DNA of 64,000 bases from Bacteroidota bacterium (GTDB lineage: Bacteria; Bacteroidota; Ignavibacteria; UBA10030; SZUA-254). Positions within the stretch are counted from its first letter, which is position 1. Each line of letters starts with the position of its first letter. The stretch lies in NCBI GenBank assembly GCA_035518715.1, contig DATIXJ010000027.1:85657-149656 (forward strand). The letters run 5' to 3'. Shown here one piece after another: positions 53,424 to 62,173 of the stretch. The translations under genes and the position numbers were made by a program. The notes under the pieces were generated by a model. It searched no databases and had not been told where the DNA came from. It saw only the letters and a program-made list of their open reading frames with translations.

Positions 53424-55685
53424 ATGTCAACGCTAAGAGAGTTCTCTGCGATATTACTGTTTGTGGTGCTGATCTTTGTCTTGCCCGTTCATGGGGGACC
53501 TCAGTACTTTCAGCAGGGTGGTAAACTTGTTGGTGCCGGGGCTGTTTGGACGCCAAATGAAGGGGCCTCCGTGGCGCTCTCGGCAGATGGGAATACCGCC
53601 ATCGTCGGCGGTCCCGCAGACAATTATTATACCGGCGCTGTTTGGGTCTACACTCGGAATGGGGATGCTTGGACGCAACAGGGGGTAAAGTTGGTGGGCA
53701 CAGGATCTTCGGGATATGCAAGGCAAGGTCAAAACATCGCCCTGTCAGCTGACGGCAATACGGCGATCATCGGTGGACCTGATGACAATAATGGTGCAGG
53801 TGCGATTTGGGTGTTTGTGCGGGATTCCAGCGGGGTGTGGAGCCAACAGGGCAATAAGCTCGTTGGAACTGGGGCATCCGGTTCTGCACATCAGGCTGGT
53901 GCCGTCGCCCTTTCAGGGGATGGAAACACCGCGTTGGTGGGGGGATATACAGACAGTAATGGAATGGGCGCCGCATGGGTATTTGTCAGAAGCTCGGGTG
54001 TTTGGTTTCAGCAGGGAAACAAGCTGGTCGGAACCGGGGCTGTCAACGGTTCCTCCGGTTCGACCCAGGGAGTCGGGGTTGCTCTCTCTGCAGATGGCAA
54101 CACCGCCCTCATAACTGGAAGCGGGGACAATGACCAGTTTGGCGCTGCCTGGATCTTCACCCGAGATACCAGCGGTATCTGGACCCAGCAGGGAAATAAA
54201 CTTGTCGGCACGGGTGCGACCGGGAACGCATGGCAAGGAAGTGGCGGCACACTTTCCGCGGATGGAAATACTGCAGTGATAGGCGCGCTTGGGGACAATA
54301 ATTTTTCAGGAGCGTTATGGGTGTTCACGCGGAGCGGTGGGGTCTGGACGCAGCAGGGAAGCAAACTAGTTGCTTCGGATGAAGCAGGTAGCGCGCAAAT
54401 GGGATGGGGTGTTTCAATATCTGCCGACGGACAGACAATGATTGCAGGCGGCGTATCCGATAACAATAGTTCAGGAGCTGCTTGGGTGTTTAAGAAGAAC
54501 GGTTCTGCGTGGGAGCAATTTGGCGGCAAGCTTATCGGTGCTGGGGCGATCGGAAGCCCTGTCTGTTACGGTTGGGACATAGGCATTTCAGCCGACGGAA
54601 ACACATTGATTGTCGGAGGAATTTACGATCATAATTATATCGGTGCTGCATGGGTTTATGTGTATACAACCTCACCACCACCGCCTCCAACTCTTAACCC
54701 GATCATCCGGTCGGTAGAGGACGTTCCTCACGATCAGGGCGGCAAAGTGACGTTGATTTGGAATGCCTCGACTCTAGATGTTGATGTAAACTCGCTTCCC
54801 TTCTACAGCATTTGGCGAGCACTTTCTCCCGATTCATTGCCGCCCCGGGCAGATCTCTGCAGTGCCAGGATCACAAAGGACTTCAACGGCCGGTCAGTGA
54901 GGACGATGGCTTTGAATGGAGTGGCATACAACTGGGAGTGGATTGCCAATCAGCCGGCCCACCGGTTCGCGGCTTACTCCTATACCGCGCCGACATTGTA
55001 CGACTCGATGCCCAGTACGAACGGCATGACGTATTTTCTTGTCTCGGCGCAAACCTATGATCCGGATGTATTCTATGATTCACCGGTCGATAGCGGATAT
55101 TCGGTGGACAATCTTGCACCGATGCCTCCTCATAATCTCGCTGCGAAGGTCATTGCAAATTCACTTACTCTTCACTGGAATCCGAGCCCCGATGCAGACC
55201 TCGGAAAGTATGCAGTGTATCGAAGTCAGGACAGTATCACAAATGCGGCCGCGATGGAGCCGTATGCTTTCTCTAAGGATACCACGTTTGTTGATGGGGC
55301 ACCTCTGCCCGATGGCTTCTATCTCGTCAGGCCAATAGACATTCATGACAACTACGGGCTATCGAGCAACGAAATCCAACTCACGCTGACAGGTATGCAC
55401 GAATCTGGCGAGATGATCCCGGCGAGCTATGCTCTGTCGCAAAATTATCCGAATCCATTCAACCCATCGACGGTGATCCAATATTCACTTATCGCGCAGC
55501 AGCATGTGAAGATTTCTATATACAACATGTTAGGTGAGCAGGTGATGGTAGTCGTCGATCGAGTGGAAAACCCTGGATACAAGACGGTCGCCGTCAATAT
55601 GAGCAATCTACCCAGTGGAATCTATCTTTACAGAATTCTTGCGGGAACTTTCACCGATCTGAAGAAGATGTTGCTGATTAAGTAA
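53424..55685 (+). CDS. Repeat-rich (FG-GAP/beta-propeller-like) secreted protein with a T9SS C-terminal sorting domain
   Basis: There are at least 8 tandem repeats of about 55-60 aa of the type QQG.KLVGTGA.G...QG..VALSADGNTA..GG..DN...GA.WVF.R. The C-terminus reads NYPNPFNPSTVIQYSL...SGIYLYRILAGTFTDLKKMLLIK. Confidence 0.85.
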   Translation: MSTLREFSAILLFVVLIFVLPVHGGPQYFQQGGKLVGAGAVWTPNEGASVALSADGNTAIVGGPADNYYTGAVWVYTRNGDAWTQQGVKLVGTGSSGYARQGQNIALSADGNTAIIGGPDDNNGAGAIWVFVRDSSGVWSQQGNKLVGTGASGSAHQAGAVALSGDGNTALVGGYTDSNGMGAAWVFVRSSGVWFQQGNKLVGTGAVNGSSGSTQGVGVALSADGNTALITGSGDNDQFGAAWIFTRDTSGIWTQQGNKLVGTGATGNAWQGSGGTLSADGNTAVIGALGDNNFSGALWVFTRSGGVWTQQGSKLVASDEAGSAQMGWGVSISADGQTMIAGGVSDNNSSGAAWVFKKNGSAWEQFGGKLIGAGAIGSPVCYGWDIGISADGNTLIVGGIYDHNYIGAAWVYVYTTSPPPPPTLNPIIRSVEDVPHDQGGKVTLIWNASTLDVDVNSLPFYSIWRALSPDSLPPRADLCSARITKDFNGRSVRTMALNGVAYNWEWIANQPAHRFAAYSYTAPTLYDSMPSTNGMTYFLVSAQTYDPDVFYDSPVDSGYSVDNLAPMPPHNLAAKVIANSLTLHWNPSPDADLGKYAVYRSQDSITNAAAMEPYAFSKDTTFVDGAPLPDGFYLVRPIDIHDNYGLSSNEIQLTLTGMHESGEMIPASYALSQNYPNPFNPSTVIQYSLIAQQHVKISIYNMLGEQVMVVVDRVENPGYKTVAVNMSNLPSGIYLYRILAGTFTDLKKMLLIK

Positions 55686-55701
55686 GGTTTGGAGTGTGAT
55701 G

Positions 55702-55743
55702 TAACACGATGCCCCGGTCATATTGTACCGGGGCATCGTGTTT
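55702..55743. terminator. Strong hairpin between convergent genes (candidate bidirectional terminator; only a short T-run follows)
   Basis: A 16-bp perfect stem: AACACGATGCCCCGGT (55702-55717) pairs with ACCGGGGCATCGTGTT (55726-55741). Confidence 0.8.
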
Positions 55744-55756
55744 AGAGCCGCTCATT

Positions 55757-56452
55757 TTAATGCGAGCCAGTTAGCTTCCTTGCAAGCACCAATATATCCA
55801 TTGCTAGGGTCGGAAATATGTCGCCGGTGATCGCCAACATGGGAAGCTTCACATCGTCCACGAGATGCTGAGGAATAAATGGGACCCAATTCCCGCGTGT
55901 GCGTACGGTCGAGAAACCATGCGCAGCCAGTTGATTCTTCAATACGCCGAGCGTATATAAACGCACATGACCGCTGCCTTCGAGGTTATAATTCAGCCAC
56001 TTTGGATATACCCCAAGTGCAAGGCGAACCCGATTTTCAAAAGATGCGAGATTTGGCGTCGTAATCAGAACATGTCCCCCCGGATTCAAGCAGCGTGAAA
56101 TTTCTGTAAGGAATCGGTCGGTATCGATGAGATGTTCGATCACTTCTCCTGCAAACACCAGATCAAAATAGGCGTCGGGAAAAGGAAATGGATCGTGATT
56201 CAGATCGCAGTATTTTGCATCGATTCCACGTTGACGTGCCGTGTTCACATCTTCGTGATTAATATCGATCCCCGAGGAGTTCCATCCGCGTTCTCTCCAG
56301 AAAAGGGCCCAATCGCCATTTGTGCATCCAATATCCAAGAGCTTGCCCGGATGGAGGCCGCTCATGAGTTCTACGCACTTCCTTAAACGGCTCTCCTTGA
56401 GGTTGTAGGTGAAATCCCTGCTTGCGTTGTATGAAGAAATAGGATCCATCAC
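55757..56452 (-). CDS. Class I SAM-dependent methyltransferase
   Basis: Motifs: LLDIGCTNGDW, FDLVFAGEVIEHL, PGGHVLITTPN. Confidence 0.85.
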   Translation of the reverse strand: MMDPISSYNASRDFTYNLKESRLRKCVELMSGLHPGKLLDIGCTNGDWALFWRERGWNSSGIDINHEDVNTARQRGIDAKYCDLNHDPFPFPDAYFDLVFAGEVIEHLIDTDRFLTEISRCLNPGGHVLITTPNLASFENRVRLALGVYPKWLNYNLEGSGHVRLYTLGVLKNQLAAHGFSTVRTRGNWVPFIPQHLVDDVKLPMLAITGDIFPTLAMDILVLARKLTGSH

Positions 56453-56842
56453 TTTGTTTAAATAGTGTGCTCTTCTATCAAAATTACGATTTCAACGGAT
56501 GATTCCCCAAGAGCGGGTCGAACCATGTTCTCAAACTCTCCGGGAATGACTTTAATTGTACTCAAAATAAGAGTGTAATGCAATCAACTCCTTGCGCGCT
56601 CTTGGAAGTTTTTTGGATGGCTTGCCTTCAAATTTGGGAGAACCATTTCAGAGAGGTGGTCAGCCACATCTGCACAATCTCCGCCCAGCTGGGTGTCAAC
56701 TCTATCTGGGGCAGCATTGCAATGATTCCGAGATATTCATACATTTCGTAAGGTTGCGGCAGATATTCGTCAGAAGATCCTCCATGATATGAGAGATAGC
56801 AGATTGGCAAACTGGAGGGAGTGGGAATGGTCGAATTGTATT

Positions 56843-56916
56843 GGGCCCTTAGCTCAGTTGGTTAGAGCAGCTGACTCATAATCAGCTGGTCGCAGGTTCG
56901 AGTCCTGCAGGGCCCA
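56843..56916 (+). tRNA. tRNA with anticodon CAT (elongator Met or lysidine-modified Ile2)
   Basis: Hand-folded cloverleaf. The acceptor stem GGGCCCT/AGGGCCC is perfect. The D arm is GCTC/GAGC. The anticodon arm is GCTGA-CTCATAA-TCAGC. The T arm is GCAGG-TTCGAGT-CCTGC. The discriminator is A. Total length is 74 nt and CCA is not encoded. Confidence 0.95.
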
Positions 56917-56997
56917 CAATCGATATGAATCACCAAGAAAGCCACGCTAAATATCGAGCATGTTTGGCGTGTCTATTTTTGGGGGGAATTCATTTGG

Positions 56998-57507
56998 TCA
57001 TCTTTCCATGTAATCGTCAAAATTGTACCCCGCTCTTGCCAGGGCGCGACGCGTAGCGTCGATGACATATGCCTTATTGTTGAAAGGCATGACGGGAACG
57101 TCGGGAAATTTCTGCAATTTTTCCAGGAGCGTTGTTACTTCGTCTTCTGTAAGTCTCTCACAGGTCTCGTATAAACCGGCAGGTTGCTCCTCCAGCAGAT
57201 CATGTTTGGCCAGGATATCACGGAGTGCTGCAATAATCGTTGCCGAGGGCGGCGGAACCATCAGTGCTGCGATGGCTCCATGGTCTAGACGGATCTTCGC
57301 GGCAATCGGAAGGGGGGTACCGCCAAGGCGTCGTTGGGCTGCCGGCAGCAAGATTTTCTCCTCCATGCCGATGTGCTTCAGCAGGCCGGCGCGAAACCGG
57401 GCATAGAGGTCCATCTCGAACTCACCATGTTCGCGTACCGCCCGATCCAGAAGGTTCTCCAGGCGGCGATGGTCACTGGCGAAATAATCGTAAAGTCTGC
57501 CACGCAT
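56998..57507 (-). CDS. Hemerythrin-like (HHE cation-binding) domain protein
   Basis: Motifs: FASDHRRLENLL, LLKHIGMEEKILLP, RLDHGAI. Confidence 0.75.
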   Translation of the reverse strand: MRGRLYDYFASDHRRLENLLDRAVREHGEFEMDLYARFRAGLLKHIGMEEKILLPAAQRRLGGTPLPIAAKIRLDHGAIAALMVPPPSATIIAALRDILAKHDLLEEQPAGLYETCERLTEDEVTTLLEKLQKFPDVPVMPFNNKAYVIDATRRALARAGYNFDDYMER

Positions 57508-57723
57508 GGGTCTCGAAATTTGTGAAATTCTCTACTCAATTTCCAGAATCCCGGGGAGAGAATCAACCCGGTCGACCTCTCTCGTTTTGACTTCTCCTGA
57601 ATCTTCCCTATCTTGTCTGACACTTATGCTCGCTGCCTGGAAGATACGGGCAACATCACGCAGTACGAACTCCGGGCACACCAATCAAACCTCAATTCAT
57701 TCACCAGAGGAAGAGTATACTCC

Positions 57724-59769
57724 ATGAAACCCTCGACCGTACTTGTACTCCTGACACTTGCCGCATCAACAATCTTCACATCATGCGGTCCGAAATCGAA
57801 TGCGCCTGCCAATGATTTTCTAGTGAGAAATCTCGATACTACCGTGAGCCCTGCCAAAGATTTCTTCCGTTATGCCAATGGCGGATGGCTGAAAGCAAAT
57901 CCGATTCCTCCGAGCGAGCGAATGTGGGGAGTCGGAAATTTGGTACAGGAAAAGATTTATACGCAGATGAAGGATGTCTGCGAGCAGGCCGCGGCAGATA
58001 CGACTGCTCAGAAGGGGAGCATACGGCAGAAGATCGGGGATTTTTATGCGACCGTGATGGATTCGAACCGGACGGAATCGCTCGGATCGTCACCTCTGAA
58101 ACCGGAGCTTGACCGCATCGCATCAATTAACAATATTCAGGACCTGCGGAATGTCCTTGCGCTCTATCAGACGTATCGCATTTCTCCACTCTTCTTTCCA
58201 TCCGTCGACCAGGACGAAAAGAACAGCTCGGTCTATTCGTATCATCTGTATCAGGGCGGGCTCGGTCTTCCGAACCGCGATTATTATTTCCGCACCGATC
58301 AGCGCACGCAGAACATCCGGAGCGAGTACCTCAAGCATGTCGCAAAAATGCTGACGCTTCTCGGTGAGGATCCGGCCTCGGCTGGAAAACACAGCGAGTC
58401 GATCATGGCGCTGGAAACGCGGCTCGCGAAAGCATCGCGTAAACTCGAGGACCTGCGCGATCCCTACCGCAACTATAACAAGATGTCTGTTGCACAACTG
58501 GGTCGTCTTACTCCTGCCCTTGACTGGAAATCACTCCTTCCAGCAATGTCGATTTCAAAGATCGATTCTGTTGTTGTCGGTCAACCCGAATTCTATAAAG
58601 AGGTTCAACAGGAACTCACGACGGTTCCGATGGATGAGTGGAAAGAATATCTCCGGTGGAACCTGGTAAACCGGTTTTCGTCGACACTGGACAGCGCTCT
58701 GGCAAACGAACATTTTCATTTTTACGGCACGGTTCTGTCCGGCGTCAAGGAACAGCGTCCGCGATGGAAACGCGCCCTCGATGCCGAGGAACGTGCCATC
58801 GGAGACCTGCTCGGTCAGCAGTATGTTGCACAGTACGTCCCTGCCGCAATGCGCGCACGGTATGAGGAAGTCGTGAAAAACATGTTCGCCTCGTACGCCG
58901 ACCGGATCAAGAAACTCGACTGGATGTCAGAAGAAACGAAGACGAAAGCTCTTGCCAAACTTGAGGCAGTCAGGAAGAAAGTCTGCTATCCCGATAAGTG
59001 GAAGGATTATTCGTCCCTGGAATTCGACAGAAGCTCATACTTTGCGAATCAGCTTCGCGCCAATCAGTGGCTGTACCAGTATTTCGTCCAGAAACTCGGG
59101 AAGCCGGTCGATCGGACCGAATGGGATATGACGCCGCAGACCTATAACGCCTACTATAATCCGTCGAACAACGAAATCGTTCTTCCCGCTGCGGGTCTGC
59201 TGATTCCGGATCTTGCCGATTCACTTGCCGACGATGCCCTGATTTACGGGTATGCGGGTGCTTCCACGATCGGGCATGAAGTCACTCATGGATTTGATGA
59301 TGAAGGGCGCCAATTTGATGCAGAGGGCAACCTTCGCAACTGGTGGTCGAAGGACGATGAGAAACAATTCAACCAGCGTGCCCAGAAAATGGTTGATCAG
59401 TTCGACGCGTACATAGTGCTGGACAGTCTTCATGTTAACGGGAAAGCGTGCCTTGGAGAGAATATTGCTGATCTCGGCGGCGTGGTGATCGGGTATGATG
59501 CGTTCAAGCATACAAAGGAAGGTCAGACGGATACGCTCATCGACGGCCTGACTCCGGACCAGAGATTCTTTCTCGCCTACGCATATTCGTGGCTCGGGCA
59601 GAAGCGCGACGCAGCGCTGCAGCAGCAGATCTTGACGGATGTGCACTCACCCGAGTTTCTCCGTGTGAACGGTCCGCTCTCGAATGTACCGGAGTTTTAT
59701 CACGCGTTCGGCGTGAAACCCGGTGACCCGATGTGGAGACCGGATAGTCTCAGAGTGAAGATCTGGTAG
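57724..59769 (+). CDS. pepO: M13-family zinc metallopeptidase (PepO / neprilysin-like), lipoprotein
   Basis: Signal MKPSTVLVLLTLAASTIFTSC, NAYYNPSNNEIVLPA, HExxH in TIGHEVTHGFDDEGRQFD, and GENIADLGG. The C-terminus reads W. The track ORF starts at 57613. Confidence 0.95.
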   Translation: MKPSTVLVLLTLAASTIFTSCGPKSNAPANDFLVRNLDTTVSPAKDFFRYANGGWLKANPIPPSERMWGVGNLVQEKIYTQMKDVCEQAAADTTAQKGSIRQKIGDFYATVMDSNRTESLGSSPLKPELDRIASINNIQDLRNVLALYQTYRISPLFFPSVDQDEKNSSVYSYHLYQGGLGLPNRDYYFRTDQRTQNIRSEYLKHVAKMLTLLGEDPASAGKHSESIMALETRLAKASRKLEDLRDPYRNYNKMSVAQLGRLTPALDWKSLLPAMSISKIDSVVVGQPEFYKEVQQELTTVPMDEWKEYLRWNLVNRFSSTLDSALANEHFHFYGTVLSGVKEQRPRWKRALDAEERAIGDLLGQQYVAQYVPAAMRARYEEVVKNMFASYADRIKKLDWMSEETKTKALAKLEAVRKKVCYPDKWKDYSSLEFDRSSYFANQLRANQWLYQYFVQKLGKPVDRTEWDMTPQTYNAYYNPSNNEIVLPAAGLLIPDLADSLADDALIYGYAGASTIGHEVTHGFDDEGRQFDAEGNLRNWWSKDDEKQFNQRAQKMVDQFDAYIVLDSLHVNGKACLGENIADLGGVVIGYDAFKHTKEGQTDTLIDGLTPDQRFFLAYAYSWLGQKRDAALQQQILTDVHSPEFLRVNGPLSNVPEFYHAFGVKPGDPMWRPDSLRVKIW

Positions 59770-59868
59770 CACCGGCGTCGGGGCCGGCGTTTGGAAATTG
59801 TTGTGGAAGTCACCGTAATGGGGAAACAGATCATTGATGGGTTCCGCCGCATCCTGCTTTACCGCAGG

Positions 59869-61158
59869 ATGCGGCATTCTCTCACCGTAGTGTCCTGCCT
59901 CCTTCTCTCCACAGGCGCATTTTGTCAGAAAACGTTAACGCTTGACGGCTGCCTTCAAACGGCGCTCGAACACAATGTTGCCTATCTCATCGCCTCGAAT
60001 GAGCATCAATCGGCGCAGCTTGCAAAGGATGAGCTTGCGAAGACCGCCCTCCCGGAAGTGCGGATCGGAGGGAAGGCGTTGGATGCTCCACATTCCGAAC
60101 TGCACGGGTACGACCCTGCATCCACTGACGGCGGAATCTTTTCTGCACAGCTCGAATTACAGGAACTGCTCTATGATGGGGGAGCGCGCGGCACAAAATC
60201 GCAGCAGCTGTCCGTCGATATCGACCGCCTCGGCATCGAACAGCGGCGTGCTGAACGGGATCTTCGCTACGCGGTGACATCTGCATTTCTCGACGCACTG
60301 GAATCCCGCGAAGAGCTTACGCTCGAACAGGATCAGGAAAAAGAACTCGCCGAATACTCCGATCTCGTGACCCGGCTTTACCACGGTGGCGGAATCAGCT
60401 ACACTGATGTTCTGAAAACAGATCTCAGTCTCCAGAATGCGCATCTTGCCGTCGAGCGGGCGTATCAGTCATACGCGGGGGCAAAAATCGCACTCGCCGC
60501 AGCGATGGGAACCCCGCAAGACACGTCATTTTCCCTGCAGGGAGAGATCGGTGTTCCCGACAGTGCCGGGACGTTCGCACTTCTGGAGAAGGCAACGTCC
60601 GATTCATCTGCGAATCTCGATCTGCAGTCGGCGGATCTTGCAGCACAACGGAGCCAGTTCGATGTCGATCTCGCGAAAAGCGAGCGGCTTCCTTCCGTTG
60701 TTCTGACCGGTGATGTGGGATTTCTCTCATCGGGGGATAACCTGAACCTGCCGTCGGACCAACGCTTCAATTCACTCGGCTATTCTGTAGGGTTTTCGAT
60801 TGAAAACCTCCTCGCAAACTGGGGGGCGACAGATTTACGTATCCAGCAGCGGGAACTTGATGCCCAGAATATCCGGCTGGCGTTTGAGCAGCAATTGAGA
60901 GCTCTGCGGGGTGATGTTGAACGAATGCGCACCGACCTGGTGAGCGGGTACAGCCAGGTGAGAATGATCCAGAAAATCCTGAAAGTGTCGGCGGATAATT
61001 ATATGGTGACAAAAGCCCAGTATGCAGGAGGAGCTTCGAGTGCACTGGAGGTGTTATCCGCACAGCAGTCGCTGGCGGAAAACCGGATATCTGATCTTCA
61101 CACGAGGGCCACACTCCAGCGGCTGGTCGCAAAACTCAACCAGGTTCTCGCCCGGTGA
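59869..61158 (+). CDS. TolC-family outer-membrane efflux protein
   Basis: Signal MRHSLTVVSCLLLSTGAFCQ, then LTLDGCLQTALEHN and the coiled-coil repeat structure typical of OMFs. The start is uncertain (TTG 59791, ATG 59818 or ATG 59869). Confidence 0.8.
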   Translation: MRHSLTVVSCLLLSTGAFCQKTLTLDGCLQTALEHNVAYLIASNEHQSAQLAKDELAKTALPEVRIGGKALDAPHSELHGYDPASTDGGIFSAQLELQELLYDGGARGTKSQQLSVDIDRLGIEQRRAERDLRYAVTSAFLDALESREELTLEQDQEKELAEYSDLVTRLYHGGGISYTDVLKTDLSLQNAHLAVERAYQSYAGAKIALAAAMGTPQDTSFSLQGEIGVPDSAGTFALLEKATSDSSANLDLQSADLAAQRSQFDVDLAKSERLPSVVLTGDVGFLSSGDNLNLPSDQRFNSLGYSVGFSIENLLANWGATDLRIQQRELDAQNIRLAFEQQLRALRGDVERMRTDLVSGYSQVRMIQKILKVSADNYMVTKAQYAGGASSALEVLSAQQSLAENRISDLHTRATLQRLVAKLNQVLAR

Positions 61159-62171
61159 AGAGAGGAAGAATGAAAATTCAACTGTACAGCACGGTGATTG
61201 CATGTTCCCTGCTCGTCTGCCTCTGGGGATGCAATAAGCCCAAAGCCGATGATGACGATGAAGCGGTTTCCGGAAATGTGCGTGTGCCGGTACACGTGCA
61301 ATCCCTGAGCCGCGGAAATATCGAAGATGCGGTTTCTGCCGTCGGAGAGACCGAAGCCCTGCGGAAAGAGAAGGTGCTTTCGCCGGTCGCGGGGAGAATC
61401 ATCACGCTGAATGTTCTTGAAGGATTGCAGGTGCATAAGGGCGATGTGCTGGTCGTGCTGAGGACGCGTGAGGCACAGGCGGCTGTCGACGGTGCAAAGA
61501 TGCTGTTGCAGTCTGCCACAACGGACCGGCAGCGCGAGGAAGCCGAACATACGCTGGTGCTCACCGATTCCCTCCAGCCGCGGGTGGTGCTTCGTGCTTC
61601 GTTCGACGGGACCGTGGCTTCCCGGAATGTGATGGAAGGCGAGCTTGTTTCGGAGCAGGCAGAGCTGCTGACGCTGATCGATCCGGCGACTATTATGTTT
61701 ATTGCCGAGGTGCCGATCCAGAATATCATTTCCGTACACCCGGGTCTTCCCGCCAAAGTACATTTTGCACAGCTTCCTCTCGGCGAGTTGAATGCCGTTG
61801 TGGATGCCGTGACTCCCCAGGCAGAATCACAAAGCCAATCCGTCAAGGTGCGCCTCCGGTTTACCGGCCTGACGGCAAAGCAGGAACAAGTACTCAAGGT
61901 GAATGTTCCCGGAAACGCGCGCATCATCGTCGGAGTGCGCCGTGATGTCTTGGTCATCGGACGCTCAGCCCTTCTGCATGATGATGAATCCGATGCCTAT
62001 TCCGTCGTCATCATGACGCCGGATTCGCTGGCGAAGATTGTACCGGTGACTGTGGGGATCCGGTCGGATACCCTCCTCGAAATCCAGAGCGGGATGCTCC
62101 ATCCCGGTGATCGGATCATTACGCACGGCCAGTATGCTCTTGCCGATTCGACGAGGGTGACGGTCGAATAG
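61155..62171 (+). CDS. Efflux RND periplasmic adaptor (membrane fusion protein)
   Basis: Lipobox LLVCLWGC, then V.SPVAGRIITLNVLEGLQVHKGDVLVVL (lipoyl-like hairpin). Overlaps the upstream stop. Confidence 0.85.
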   Translation: MKRGRMKIQLYSTVIACSLLVCLWGCNKPKADDDDEAVSGNVRVPVHVQSLSRGNIEDAVSAVGETEALRKEKVLSPVAGRIITLNVLEGLQVHKGDVLVVLRTREAQAAVDGAKMLLQSATTDRQREEAEHTLVLTDSLQPRVVLRASFDGTVASRNVMEGELVSEQAELLTLIDPATIMFIAEVPIQNIISVHPGLPAKVHFAQLPLGELNAVVDAVTPQAESQSQSVKVRLRFTGLTAKQEQVLKVNVPGNARIIVGVRRDVLVIGRSALLHDDESDAYSVVIMTPDSLAKIVPVTVGIRSDTLLEIQSGMLHPGDRIITHGQYALADSTRVTVE

Positions 62172-62173
62172 AC

